This document shows, in pieces, positions 44,895 to 54,967 of a DNA stretch of 64,000 bases. This DNA comes from Gammaproteobacteria bacterium (GTDB taxonomy: Bacteria > Pseudomonadota > Gammaproteobacteria > UBA9339), in contig JAFGXA010000053.1 of assembly GCA_016936855.1 (NCBI GenBank), positions 41,620-105,619 of the forward strand, in the 5' to 3' direction. The notes below the pieces were generated by a model. That model ran no database searches and was not told the origin of the DNA. It saw only the letters and a program-made list of their open reading frames with translations. Position 1 is the stretch's first letter. The number at the start of each line of letters is the position of its first letter. Both the position numbers and the translations under genes were made by a program.

Positions 44895-46359
44895 ATGAAA
44901 AAGATTATTCAGACAGTATCTAAAGCCAGAAACGTTCCAACTGGATTCTATGTTTTATTTTATACTGAAATATGCGAACTATTTGGGCGTTTTGGTATAA
45001 CTGCGCTATTGGTTTTATATTTAACGAAGTATTTTCATTTCTCCGATGTGTATGCTTTTGCTGTTTTTGGTTCATTTATATCATTGCTTTTTGTAACGCC
45101 TATAGTTGGTGGATTATTAAGCGATCGTTATTTAGGGAAAATACACTCTATAGTTTTAGGTGCTACAATTATGGGTTTTGGTAATTTATTGCTTGCTACC
45201 CAAGAGCTTAAACAGGTGTATCTTTGGCCTGGCTCTTATTGTTATAGGTAGTGGTCTATTTTTACCAAATATTACCGCTCTTTTTGGCAGGATTTATCAA
45301 GGTAGTGATTTTCAAAATCGTGAAAATGGTTTTAGCGCATACTATCTGGCAAAAAACTTGGGAGCATTGTTAGCGCCAATTATTTGTGGATTTATAAGCG
45401 CTGAATATAGTTATGGACTTGCTTTTTTATTTAGCTCAGCAGCGATGTTCAGTGGTGTTGCTGTTTTCATTTTAGGTAAAAGGAGCTTAATTCATGTTGA
45501 AGATGATGTGCAGTGTAACAAACGAAATGTCGCCTTTATATATCTTTGTTTGGTTGCGGTTATCCCGCTAATTTTTATTTTGCTTAAATTGGAGATTGAT
45601 GGCTCCGTGCTTTTGGCTATATGCGGTGTGGTTGGGGTTTATCTTGTATTTTTGTTGCGTAATCGCAATTCTGTCGAGAGAAAAAATATAAATTATATTT
45701 TACTGCTTTTGGGTGTGGTCGTTGTATTTTCAATGTTTTTGGGTCAGGGTGGTACAACCCTAAATCTTTTTATTGATCGTATTGTGCATAGAGTGGTTTT
45801 TAATATCACCATTCCAACGGCAGTTTTTTATGCTTTAGATCCGATTTTTATGTTAACGGTAGGTCCTTTGTTTTTAATGGTATTGATTCGCATCACGAAA
45901 AAATGCAACACATCTTTGGTTTTTGAAAAGTCCCTCAGTTCATTATTGTTACTCAGTCTTGGTTTTGGTATTTTCTTTATTGCGGCAATGCGTGCCACTC
46001 ATAGTGGACAAGCTTCTGCCTTTTATATAGTGTTGGCGTATTTGTTTTTTCCGCTATCTGAATTGTTATTATTTCCTACTGTATTATCAGCTATAACCGC
46101 TCGTTCACCAGAAGGGTTGGGGGGGATGGTTGTTGGTTTATTCATGCTTTCTCAAGCAATTGCGGCTTATTTTATGGGAGGAATTGCTAAATTTGGCAAA
46201 ATTGAGTTTGCTTTAGATTCATTAGCAAAATTGCAGCAAGCATCAATGCATTATGAATACTTTTTTGTTGGTATAGTTATTGCGTTATTTTGCAGCACAG
46301 TTATTGGTTTTATCGCTATACGTTTTATTTTTGGTCAAAGATTTAGATTTATAAAATAA
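44895..46359 (+). pseudogene. POT/PTR2-family proton-dependent oligopeptide transporter, interrupted by a 1-nt frameshift
   Basis: ORF 44895-45251 carries the PTR2 N-terminal part (FGRFGITALLVLYL...GGLLSDRYLGK). ORF 45160-46359, in the +1 frame, continues with GLALIVIGSGLFLPNITALFGRIY...FSAYYLAKNLGALLAP. Deleting one T from CTTT at 45222-45225 gives the continuous reading ...QVYLGLALIVIGSG, colinear with E. coli DtpA ...[16 protein letters not shown]. Confidence 0.8.
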
Positions 46360-46429
46360 TTATTTATTTCTTTTCTGGATTTCATCCAAAATCCCTAATA
46401 TGTGCGATTTTAATAGCGTGGTCAATAAA

Positions 46430-46443
46430 AAGAGCATGCTCTT
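46430..46443. terminator. Candidate bidirectional terminator between the POT transporter gene and nadD
   Basis: The palindrome AAGAGCATGCTCTT is preceded by an A-run and followed by a T-rich stretch, in a convergent 93-nt gap. The stem is weak. Confidence 0.3.
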
Positions 46444-46452
46444 GTTGTTGGT

Positions 46453-47058
46453 TTATAAATAAAGATGGTGTTTTTTTATATAGTCGGCGATTAATTGTGG
46501 CACTAGGTGTTTGAATTCTTTTTTGTGTCGAATTAAATCACGGATCTTTGTAGATGAAATATCATATGGGTCTATTTGAATTAATTGAATAATTCCAAAA
46601 CTTATATATTTTTTTAGAATTGGAGCTATGTATAGTGTGCTGCCTGGTCGATTAGCAACAATTAATTTCGCTGTTTCTAAAATTTCTTGCCATTCAAACC
46701 AAGTGGTTGTGAAGTCGTTAAATTGATCTTGCGACATTATTAAATAAAATTCTGCATTTGGATAAACTGCTTTTAGTTCATTTAATGTGTCGATGGTATA
46801 TGACACACCACTACGTTCTATTTCGCATAAGTTTATTGAAAATTTATCATTACTTTGCGTGGTAAGTTTTAGCATATTGATGCGATCTTGGTTTGATGCT
46901 TTAGGAGAATCTTTGCCAGGTGTTTGTGAGCATGGTATGAATATTATTCGATCAAGTTCAAATTGTTTTAATATGGTTTCAGCTAGATTTAAGTGCCCAA
47001 GATGAATCGGATCAAAACTGCCGCCGAAGATGCCAATTTTTTGTGTTTTTTTTGTCAT
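46453..47058 (-). CDS. nadD: Nicotinate-nucleotide adenylyltransferase
   Basis: GIFGGSFDPIHLGHL (HxGH) and a C-terminal ISSTKIR motif. Confidence 0.9.
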   Translation of the reverse strand: MTKKTQKIGIFGGSFDPIHLGHLNLAETILKQFELDRIIFIPCSQTPGKDSPKASNQDRINMLKLTTQSNDKFSINLCEIERSGVSYTIDTLNELKAVYPNAEFYLIMSQDQFNDFTTTWFEWQEILETAKLIVANRPGSTLYIAPILKKYISFGIIQLIQIDPYDISSTKIRDLIRHKKEFKHLVPQLIADYIKKHHLYL

Positions 47059-48056
47059 TATTTGCTAAAGAGTCTTGCTATTAGTTCTATTTGTAACCAA
47101 GGATTCTTATGTTTTACGCCCTTGATTATTTTGTCTAATTCTATGCAATATAATAAAGCTTTTTCCAACAGTTTTATATCAAACGATTCAATTGCATATT
47201 TTATTATTAGTTTGCGTTTATCCCAGATTCTAAATTTTTGATAAAGTGAGCTTAGGTTCTCGCCTTTATTTATAGCATGTTTGATTTCTATTAATTCTTG
47301 CAGTTGTTTGGTTATAGCCCAAGAGATTAGAATAGGTTCTACTTTTGTTTGTTTAAGTTTGTAAATTATTTGTATGGAACGTTTGATTCGGCCTGTAATT
47401 ATATGGTCGGCTAGATCAAATATTGTGAATTTTGTATTATTCCTAATGGCTGCCTTTATTTGTTTAATAGATAAATAGCCTTTGCCATAGAGTAATTGTA
47501 GCTTTTCTATCTCTTGCCCTGCAGCGCTAGGATTGTTTTCTGTACAGGACGCTAGTAGTTTTAGCGAATCGTTATCGCAGCTTAATTCGTTTTGTTTAAG
47601 TTTTTCGCGCAACCAATTTATAAAATTAGATGCATCTGGTGGCCAAATTTGTATAGTCACGCCGACTTTATCTATGTTTTGATACCATTTGGTTTTTTGG
47701 GTGCTACTATCTAATTTTGGGCTTTTTATTAAAAGTAGTTTGTCATCTGTAATATTATCGCAATAAATCTCGAGTGTTTTACGTCCAGAGTTACTTGGCT
47801 TTTGTAAAAGATTAATTTCAATTATGGTTTTATCATCGAAAAGGGAATTATTTTTTTGAGCGCTTATCAACTCTTCCCAGTTGAAGTTATTATCTGCTTG
47901 CCAATTTATGCGTTCTGAAAAACCTTGTTTTATCGCTTTAGCACGAATCAAATCACAGCTCTCTTGTAGAAGTAATGGTTCATCACTTGCTACCAGGTAT
48001 ATTGGTTTAAGTTCTTGTTTTAGGTGTTTTGCTAAATTTTGTTGATAGAGCTTCAC
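47058..48056 (-). CDS. holA: DNA polymerase III subunit delta
   Basis: 332 aa. The N-terminus LKQELKPIYLVASDEPLL resembles E. coli HolA LNEGLRAAYLLLGNDPLL. The lptE-holA-nadD order is conserved. Confidence 0.85.
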   Translation of the reverse strand: MKLYQQNLAKHLKQELKPIYLVASDEPLLLQESCDLIRAKAIKQGFSERINWQADNNFNWEELISAQKNNSLFDDKTIIEINLLQKPSNSGRKTLEIYCDNITDDKLLLIKSPKLDSSTQKTKWYQNIDKVGVTIQIWPPDASNFINWLREKLKQNELSCDNDSLKLLASCTENNPSAAGQEIEKLQLLYGKGYLSIKQIKAAIRNNTKFTIFDLADHIITGRIKRSIQIIYKLKQTKVEPILISWAITKQLQELIEIKHAINKGENLSSLYQKFRIWDKRKLIIKYAIESFDIKLLEKALLYCIELDKIIKGVKHKNPWLQIELIARLFSK

Positions 48057-48537
48057 GACAATTTCTCGCGCTTAAAATGTCAAATATCTTAAAAATAATC
48101 TCCCGGCGCATCTCTTTTCTAAGTGTTAATGTTTTATTGTTGCTGTCTAATATTTCGTTTGGATTTAGCGTGATAGTGTGATTGGTGCTTACGGTTTGTG
48201 GCGCTATAATCGGCGTATAATTTTTATCATATAGAACAAAGTTTGCTTGATAGGTAAAAGTATATATGGTTGCTTGAGCGCTTGAAACCATGTTTGGGTT
48301 GTCGTGAGTGAATGACTGATCGGTGATTTTCAGTATTACCGGTGCATTTGGTGTCAGTGTTATCCCGGAGTCTAGTAAATTTTGGCGCAAATCTATTGCA
48401 AGTCCTGAATAGGGATTATCAGCTTGTACTGTTAACGTTTGTAATTGTTTTGGTAGGGATGTCCCATTTTGCATGGTGAATCCACAACCGCCAAGCAGAA
48501 TAGAGCTTGCTAAGATAAGATATTTTGTTGTTTTCAT
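48007..48537 (-). CDS. lptE: LPS-assembly lipoprotein LptE
   Basis: Lipobox ILLGGCGF, about 175 aa, positioned between leuS and holA as in other gammaproteobacteria. Overlaps the holA start by 50 nt. Confidence 0.75.
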   Translation of the reverse strand: MKTTKYLILASSILLGGCGFTMQNGTSLPKQLQTLTVQADNPYSGLAIDLRQNLLDSGITLTPNAPVILKITDQSFTHDNPNMVSSAQATIYTFTYQANFVLYDKNYTPIIAPQTVSTNHTITLNPNEILDSNNKTLTLRKEMRREIIFKIFDILSARNCREALSTKFSKTPKTRT

Positions 48538-48546
48538 TTTTTTGTA

Positions 48547-51009
48547 TCAAATAACAATATTTATTAATTTTTTCGGGACTACGATTGTTTTGCGAATTTT
48601 TTTGCCGGCGACATAGGCTTGTACCTTGGGGGTTGCAAGTGTTATTTCTTTGATTTCTTCTTGCGTTGCATCAACAGCAACTATAATTTTATCTCGTAGC
48701 TTTCCGTTTACTTGTACTATTAACTCTATATCATCTGTTTTTAAAGCTTCCGCATCAATTTTTGGCCAACTAGTTGTAGGCAGGTTGCCGGTAAAATTTA
48801 GTTCTTCCCAAATGCTTTCAGTTATATGTGGAGTTATGGGGGAAAGTAATAACAACAGTATTCGATATCCCTCATGCACTAAATATTTGCCACCTTCGGC
48901 TTCCGTGTCGATTTTTTGCAGAATATTTAAAAGCTTCATTGTGGCTGAAACTACAGTATTGAACTGCATGCGCTCCATATCATAGTTGGCCTGTTTGAGT
49001 ATTAAATGGATCTCAAATCTTATTTTTTGTTGCTCTTTAGTTAGTTTGCTATGTTTTATAAACGCATTTGCATCATTTATGCTGCTTAGCATCTTGCGAT
49101 TTTCATAACCAAAGGCCCATATTTTCTTTAAAAATCGATGCGAGCCGTCAATGCCAGCATCTGACCATTCTAGCGATTGTTCTGGTGGTGCTGTGAAGAT
49201 GATGAATAGTCTGGCTGTATCCGCGCCATATCGTTCAACAATTTCGGTTGGGGATACAGTGTTGCCTTTAGATTTTGACATCTTGGCCCCATCTTTTAAC
49301 ACCATGCCTTGAGTCAACAATCTTGAGAATGGTTCATCGGAGTTTAGTAGGCCAAGATCGCGTATTACCTTGTGGATAAAGCGAGCGTAGAGAAGATGCA
49401 TGATAGCATGTTCAATGCCGCCGATATATTGATCAACAGGAGTCCAATATTTTGCTCTGTCATCAAGCATGCTATCTTTTTGGTCATTACAGCAGTAGCG
49501 AGCATAATACCAAGAAGACTCCATGAATGTATCAAAAGTATCAATTTCTCGTTTGGCTTTTCCTCCACATGTCGGGCATTTAACGTCGACAAATTTTGGT
49601 ATATCAGCTAAAGGGGAACCTGGTTTGTCAATGTTTACGTCTTCGGGGAGTTTTACTGGAAGCTTGTCTTCAGGAACTGGGACAGTTCCGCATTTTTCAC
49701 AGTGAATCATTGGGATTGGTGTGCCCCAGTAGCGTTGTCTTGATACGCCCCAATCGCGTAAGCGATAGTTTGTTTTTATTTCACCTTTATGCTGTGCTTG
49801 TAGTTCCCGAGCAATAGCATCAAAGGCGCTTTGTGACTCTAGCTTGTTGAACTTTCCAGAATTGATCAGCACACCATGTTCGGTAAATGCACTTTTATTA
49901 AGATCCCATTTGGAGCCATCTTTTGGCGCAATGACTTGTGAAATTGGTAAATTATATTTTTGTGCGAATTCAAAATCGCGCTCGTCATGGGCTGGTACGG
50001 ACATGACGGCACCTTGTCCATAATCCATTAAAACGAAGTTGGCAATCCAGATTGGAAGTTTCTTGCCCGTTAATGGGTGAATTGCGCTAAATGGTGTGGC
50101 TATTCCAACTTTTTCAGCAGTAGCTAAATCAGCCTCTGCCATTTTGATGTTAGAGTGTTCTTTGATGAATGTTGCAATGTTCGCATCTTGCACAGCGGCT
50201 TTTTGTGCTAGCGGGTGTTCAGCTGCAATGGCAAGATAGGTTACACCCATTAATGTATCGGGTCTTGTTGTAAAGACAGCTAATTCTTCGTTGCTGTTAT
50301 CTACGGCGAACTTTAGTTCAACGCCTCTAGATTTTCCGATCCAATTACGCTGCATGGTTTTTACTTGCTCAGGCCACTCTGGAAGAGTGTCTAAATCTTG
50401 TAGCAATTCTTCTGCATAATCAGTGATTTTAAGGAACCATTGACTGATTTCTCGTCTTTCAATTTTGGCGCCAGAGCGCCAGCCGCAACCGTTTACTACT
50501 TGTTCGTTTGCGAGTACGGTTTGATCAACTGGATCCCAGTTGACCAGGGATTTTTTGCGATAAACTAGCCCCTTTTCATACATTTGTAAGAAAAGCCATT
50601 GCTCCCATTTATAATAATCTGGATCACAAGTAGCTAGTTCTCGGCTCCAGTCTATAGCAAATCCTAAGCGTTTAATCTCGCTGCGCATTTGTTTAATGTT
50701 GTCGCGTGTCCATCCGGAAGGGGACAAGCCTTTTTCTAGGGCAGCATTTTCTGCGGGTAGTCCAAAAGCATCCCAGCCAAGTGGTTGTAATACATTTTTG
50801 CCTAACATGCGTTGGTAGCGAGTTATTACATCGCCGATTGCATAGTTGCGCACATGCCCCATGTGGATGTTGCCGCTTGGATAGGGTAGCATCGATAAAC
50901 AATAAAATTTTTCGCGACTGAGGTCGGCTGAAGCTTCAAATGATTGATTTTTATGCCATTTCTTTTGAAGGCTGGTTTCAATCTGCTCGAAATCGTAGAT
51001 TTTCTTCAT
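48547..51009 (-). CDS. leuS: Leucine--tRNA ligase
   Basis: [15 protein letters not shown] (HIGH), KMSKSKGN and the CP1 editing domain. The start is set at the ATG at 51009; the ORF-track start at 51018 is TTG. Confidence 0.95.
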   Translation of the reverse strand: MKKIYDFEQIETSLQKKWHKNQSFEASADLSREKFYCLSMLPYPSGNIHMGHVRNYAIGDVITRYQRMLGKNVLQPLGWDAFGLPAENAALEKGLSPSGWTRDNIKQMRSEIKRLGFAIDWSRELATCDPDYYKWEQWLFLQMYEKGLVYRKKSLVNWDPVDQTVLANEQVVNGCGWRSGAKIERREISQWFLKITDYAEELLQDLDTLPEWPEQVKTMQRNWIGKSRGVELKFAVDNSNEELAVFTTRPDTLMGVTYLAIAAEHPLAQKAAVQDANIATFIKEHSNIKMAEADLATAEKVGIATPFSAIHPLTGKKLPIWIANFVLMDYGQGAVMSVPAHDERDFEFAQKYNLPISQVIAPKDGSKWDLNKSAFTEHGVLINSGKFNKLESQSAFDAIARELQAQHKGEIKTNYRLRDWGVSRQRYWGTPIPMIHCEKCGTVPVPEDKLPVKLPEDVNIDKPGSPLADIPKFVDVKCPTCGGKAKREIDTFDTFMESSWYYARYCCNDQKDSMLDDRAKYWTPVDQYIGGIEHAIMHLLYARFIHKVIRDLGLLNSDEPFSRLLTQGMVLKDGAKMSKSKGNTVSPTEIVERYGADTARLFIIFTAPPEQSLEWSDAGIDGSHRFLKKIWAFGYENRKMLSSINDANAFIKHSKLTKEQQKIRFEIHLILKQANYDMERMQFNTVVSATMKLLNILQKIDTEAEGGKYLVHEGYRILLLLLSPITPHITESIWEELNFTGNLPTTSWPKIDAEALKTDDIELIVQVNGKLRDKIIVAVDATQEEIKEITLATPKVQAYVAGKKIRKTIVVPKKLINIVI

Positions 51010-51061
51010 AGGGCGCAAGAATACCGCAAGTGTGTGTATGATGACAAGATTATAGTTTTTT

Positions 51062-51090
51062 TTGAGTTATTCGTTGTATGAATCTATAAT
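51062..51090 (+). promoter_or_regulatory. Candidate sigma70 promoter for orf270
   Basis: TTGAGT (51062-51067), 17-nt spacer, TATAAT (51085-51090), 40 nt upstream of the ATG at 51130. Confidence 0.35.
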
Positions 51091-51129
51091 TGAACACAGT
51101 GGGAGTCTTAATTCCATGAGGTTTTCTAT

Positions 51130-51942
51130 ATGCTTATATCAATTAGTGCAGCAGTTCTGTGTGGTTACATAGCATTAAGAGTGCGTCGCGCGGTGCGTAT
51201 GCGAGCTCTTGATGAAAAGAGTGTAAAAAGAAATGTTCGTTTTGCGTCAGATAACTTTTCAGAATTCATGGGCTATCTTTCTCCAAAAGACACATTACAG
51301 GGAGAATCCATTCTTGATGATTATATGGGTGATCTTGCTAAGGCTCGGTGGTTTCGAGTCTTGTACAATAGTGCGAATGTCGAGTTTGTATTTAATAAGG
51401 GACCATTAACAAGTTTGAGGGTAAAACTTGCCAGCTTGATGATGTTTGTGTTTATGTATCCGGAGTATTTAATTAGGAGATATGCTTATAAGTATCACAA
51501 GTTAGGCACCGTTGCCTATTTGGGATTGGGTTTATCTACAATTATTTTTGCTATAAAAGCTTTGCATGAATTGAAGCCACTTGAATTGATTTTGACCAAG
51601 GATGTGGCGCTTGGTGTCTCTTTTGTCAAAGGGGCAACCGTTTCTCTTGGCGCTATTTTCTTCGCTCATCCAATTGTAATATTTGCAGTTCTTGGTGCTA
51701 TATTTTTAGGTGCTGTCGTGTATGCTTCGTATGAGATTTTTCGGCCCAATAATCGGGATGATATTTTAGAACAAATTGGGAGAATAAAAAGGAGATCTCG
51801 TGATTTGCAGCCGACTGATGTGCTTGATGCGCCTAGTGTTGGCGCTCTGCACGGTTACGGTGGGATTAATGTTTTATTTACCAAAAAGAGTAAAATTGAA
51901 GAAGTTGAGTCGGCTTCTGATTTCATGGCAGAGAGTTTTTAA
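51130..51942 (+). CDS. Hypothetical membrane protein (270 aa), candidate Dot/Icm substrate
   Basis: N-terminal TM helix, paired central hydrophobic segments (VAYLGLGLSTIIFAI ... LGAIFFAHPIVIFAVLGAIFLGAVVYA) and an acidic C-terminus KSKIEEVESASDFMAESF. No known domain recognised. Confidence 0.55.
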   Translation: MLISISAAVLCGYIALRVRRAVRMRALDEKSVKRNVRFASDNFSEFMGYLSPKDTLQGESILDDYMGDLAKARWFRVLYNSANVEFVFNKGPLTSLRVKLASLMMFVFMYPEYLIRRYAYKYHKLGTVAYLGLGLSTIIFAIKALHELKPLELILTKDVALGVSFVKGATVSLGAIFFAHPIVIFAVLGAIFLGAVVYASYEIFRPNNRDDILEQIGRIKRRSRDLQPTDVLDAPSVGALHGYGGINVLFTKKSKIEEVESASDFMAESF

Positions 51943-51996
51943 AAATCCAGTTATCCGGCAGTAGATATTTTTTTTCAATGGTCTACAATACGCATC

Positions 51997-52998
51997 ATGT
52001 TACATCACAAGAAAGTATTATTAAGCGGGATTCAGCCATCGGGCAAGCTGAATATTGGAAATTATATCGGCGCGATTAAAAACTGGGTAAATCTGCAAGA
52101 TGAATATGAGAGTTTTTTCTTTTTGGCAGATATGCACACTATTACGGTGAAGCAACATCCAGATCACTTTCGCGAGCAGCTTTATGATGTATTGGCGCTG
52201 TATTTGGCCTGTGGTTTAGATCCCGATAAAAACACTATTTTTTGTCAATCGCATGTTACTGAGCATGCAGAGCTTGCCTGGATTTTGAATTGCTTTGCCT
52301 ATATGGGTGAATTAAATCGTATGACCCAGTTTAAAGATAAATCGCAGCGAGCAGGTAAGAATATCAATGTTGGTTTGTTTGCTTATCCGATATTGCAGGC
52401 TGCTGACATTTTATTATATAGCTCTGATGTTGTACCTGTTGGAGCAGATCAAAAGCAGCATTTAGAATTAGCGCGTGATATTGCTTTGCGGTTCAATAAT
52501 ATTTATGGCGATGTTTTTAAAATCCCCGAGCCGTTTATTCCAAAGGCGGAGGGTGGTGCGCGAATTATGGCTCTGCAAGATCCTACGAAAAAGATGTCGA
52601 AATCAGATGAAAATGAAAATAACACTATTTGTTTGTTAGATGATCCTAAGCAAATAATTAAGAAGGTAAAACGAGCGGTTACTGATTCGGAAACAGAAGT
52701 GAAATATGCAGAGTATAAACCCGGAGTGTCCAATCTGTTAACAATATATTCTGCTGTTACTGGTAAAGCTATTAAAGATTTGGAGCAAGAGTATATTGGT
52801 GCGGGTTACGGTAAATTTAAGCAAGAATTAGCTGATGCTGTCGTGGCTTTTATCACTCCAATTCAAGAAGAATTTTATAAACTACGTAATGATAAAAATT
52901 ATTTACATGAGGTTTTAGGTAAGAATGCAGAAAAAGCACGCGTCAAAGCAAGACCCATGTTGGAAAAGGTTTATAATTTAATTGGTTTTATTCGGTAA
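51997..52998 (+). CDS. trpS: Tryptophan--tRNA ligase
   Basis: GIQPSGKLNIGNY (HIGH-like) and KMSKSD, 333 aa. Confidence 0.95.
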   Translation: MLHHKKVLLSGIQPSGKLNIGNYIGAIKNWVNLQDEYESFFFLADMHTITVKQHPDHFREQLYDVLALYLACGLDPDKNTIFCQSHVTEHAELAWILNCFAYMGELNRMTQFKDKSQRAGKNINVGLFAYPILQAADILLYSSDVVPVGADQKQHLELARDIALRFNNIYGDVFKIPEPFIPKAEGGARIMALQDPTKKMSKSDENENNTICLLDDPKQIIKKVKRAVTDSETEVKYAEYKPGVSNLLTIYSAVTGKAIKDLEQEYIGAGYGKFKQELADAVVAFITPIQEEFYKLRNDKNYLHEVLGKNAEKARVKARPMLEKVYNLIGFIR

Positions 52999-53000
52999 TT

Positions 53001-54368
53001 ATGCGACAAACATATTTATTTTATGATATTGAAACGACAGGTCTTAGTAAATGCTTTGATCAAGTGTTGCAATTTGCCGCAATTAGAACGGATTTATGGT
53101 TAAATGAAATAGAGCGGTATAACTTTTTTGTAAAATTAAATCTTGATGTTGTACCAGCGCCAGAGGCATTAATAACGCATCATATTTCTTTTGAGAAAAT
53201 CAATAATGGTTTGTGCGAATATGAAGCTGCAAAGAAAATTCATGATCTTTTAAATAAGCCTGGGACAATTAGTCTTGGATATAATACGCTGGGTTTTGAT
53301 GATGAGTTTTTGCGTTTTACTTTTTATCGTAATTTGTTAACCCCATATACGCATCAATATGCGGACAATTGTAGGCGCATGGATCTTTATCCGATGGCGG
53401 TGGCTTACTTTTTATATAAACCAAAAGTTTTAAATTGGCCAACTATAAATGGAAAATCCAGCTTAAAATTGGAAAGCTTGAGTGAATTAAACAAATTAGC
53501 AACCGGGGATGCGCACGATGCTTTGGTAGATGTTGAAGCAACTGTGGCTTTAGCGCGTAAATTTAAAGCTGATCAAAAAATGTGGGATTATCTGTCTGGA
53601 TATTTCGATAAAAGCGCTGAAAGACTTCGCAATAAAGACCTATTAGAGGCGTTGATGTTAGACGGTTCGTTTGGTGTTGACAATTCCTATCAATCTTATG
53701 TGCTATTTTTAGGTCGTCATAATTTTTATAAGAATCAAACTGTTTGGTTGCGCTTGGATTGGGATTTGCAAGAGCCATTTGTGATTAATAAAAAAGATGC
53801 TGAAGCTAAATTTTTATTACCGCCTCATGAACGTTTTACTAAATATATTAATCAAGACCGTTGGAATTTAATTAACAGTAACAAACAGTATCTATCCAAT
53901 AATCCAGAGTTTTTAAATAAGTTAAAAAAACATCATTTGAATTATCAATACCCGTATATTCCTAATTTAGATTTGGATGGTGCTTTGTATCAAAATGGTT
54001 TCATGTCTGAGCGGGACAAACTCATTTGTGGTGAATTTCATGCATCTGATATAGATGGTAAAATTCAAATTTTAGATCGTGCATCTGGTTATTTGCAACA
54101 ACAAATGTTACGGCTTTTAGCGCGTAATTATCCAGAAAAAGTGCCGTCTCAATACTTGGATTTTTACCGGGAATATCTATCTGATATCGAAGCAGGGAAC
54201 AAAATCATCGATTACCGTGGAAACCTTCATTTAACCAGATCAAATGCGTTAAACAGAATTCAAGAATTAACAGTGAGGGATGGCGACCGCTCGCCCTTAA
54301 CCTCAGAACAAATACGTTTGCTTGCTGAATTACAAAAATATTTGAATTATAACCATTCTGGGTTATAA
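53001..54368 (+). CDS. sbcB: Exodeoxyribonuclease I
   Basis: The DEDDh motif FYDIETTGL ...GYNTLGFDDEFLR... DAHDALVDV and an ExoI C-terminal domain. Confidence 0.85.
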   Translation: MRQTYLFYDIETTGLSKCFDQVLQFAAIRTDLWLNEIERYNFFVKLNLDVVPAPEALITHHISFEKINNGLCEYEAAKKIHDLLNKPGTISLGYNTLGFDDEFLRFTFYRNLLTPYTHQYADNCRRMDLYPMAVAYFLYKPKVLNWPTINGKSSLKLESLSELNKLATGDAHDALVDVEATVALARKFKADQKMWDYLSGYFDKSAERLRNKDLLEALMLDGSFGVDNSYQSYVLFLGRHNFYKNQTVWLRLDWDLQEPFVINKKDAEAKFLLPPHERFTKYINQDRWNLINSNKQYLSNNPEFLNKLKKHHLNYQYPYIPNLDLDGALYQNGFMSERDKLICGEFHASDIDGKIQILDRASGYLQQQMLRLLARNYPEKVPSQYLDFYREYLSDIEAGNKIIDYRGNLHLTRSNALNRIQELTVRDGDRSPLTSEQIRLLAELQKYLNYNHSGL

Positions 54369-54376
54369 TTATAACC
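54342..54376 (+). promoter_or_regulatory. Near-consensus sigma70 promoter plus palindromic operator of the toxin-antitoxin operon
   Basis: TTGAAT (54342-54347), 16-nt spacer, TATAAT (54364-54369). The perfect 16-bp palindrome GGTTATAATTATAACC (54361-54376) contains the -10. The 11-bp direct repeat AATTATAACCA at 54345 and 54367 is spaced 22 bp. The toxin ATG is at 54378 with no SD. Confidence 0.5.
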
Positions 54377-54377
54377 A

Positions 54378-54635
54378 ATGTATGCAGTAAAAATACATAA
54401 GCAGGCTAAAAAGAAGTTACAAACTTTATCTGCTAAGGATAGATTGCGTATTACCGATAAGGTAGTTGAGCTTTCTCGAGATCCAGACAGTGAAGTTCTG
54501 GATGTTAAAAAATTAGTTGGCAATTCTTGTTGGAGAATGAGGGTTGGTACTTGGCGGATAATATATGATAGAGATGATATCTTGAAAATTATAGCTATTG
54601 AGCGCGTAGGTTCTAGAGGGGGTGTTTACAAATGA
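54378..54635 (+). CDS. Type II toxin, RelE/ParE superfamily (HigB-like gene order)
   Basis: 85 aa. The pattern ...LVGNSCWRMRVGTWRIIYDRDDILKIIAIERVGSRGGVY is typical of RelE/ParE-fold toxins. It overlaps the downstream HTH gene by 4 nt (ATGA). Confidence 0.7.
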   Translation: MYAVKIHKQAKKKLQTLSAKDRLRITDKVVELSRDPDSEVLDVKKLVGNSCWRMRVGTWRIIYDRDDILKIIAIERVGSRGGVYK

Positions 54636-54967
54636 GACAGAAGTTGCAAACAATAAAAGGCATTAACGGTAAGCCAGAGTACATATTGCTGCCTGTTTTT
54701 GTTTATAAAAAATTACATGATCTTATAGATCAAGAGTTGCAAAATAAGGACCAAGAAAGTGAATATGTGGATTTCAAACCGGAAGATTTTGTGAAAAATG
54801 AATTAGCTTTAATGCGCATGCGTTGTAGAGTAACGCAGTCTGCTTTGGCTGAAGAACTTGGAGTTTCACAAGCCTATATTAGTAAAATAGAGCGAGATGA
54901 TTATGAGGTCAGCTCAGATAATGTTTCTAGAGTTAAAGTGGCGCTAGATAAATTAAGTAAGATTTAA
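54632..54967 (+). CDS. XRE-family HTH antitoxin (HigA-like)
   Basis: C-terminal [32 protein letters not shown], 111 aa, translationally coupled to the toxin. Confidence 0.7.
   Translation: MRQKLQTIKGINGKPEYILLPVFVYKKLHDLIDQELQNKDQESEYVDFKPEDFVKNELALMRMRCRVTQSALAEELGVSQAYISKIERDDYEVSSDNVSRVKVALDKLSKI

Noticed and set aside
44972-45184. 70-aa alternative-frame ORF inside the N-terminal part of the POT transporter
   Set aside because: It is in neither of the two frames that together reconstruct the PTR2 protein. I treat it as a chance ORF.
46377-46394. Second small hairpin GGATTT-CATCCA-AAATCC downstream of the POT transporter
   Set aside because: The 6-bp stem is AT-rich and has no U-tract, so it is too weak to call a terminator.
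51116-51172. Short upstream ORF (ATG at 51116, 18 codons) overlapping the orf270 start
   Set aside because: It has no SD of its own and no conservation argument. Its GAGG is more plausibly the SD for the ATG at 51130.
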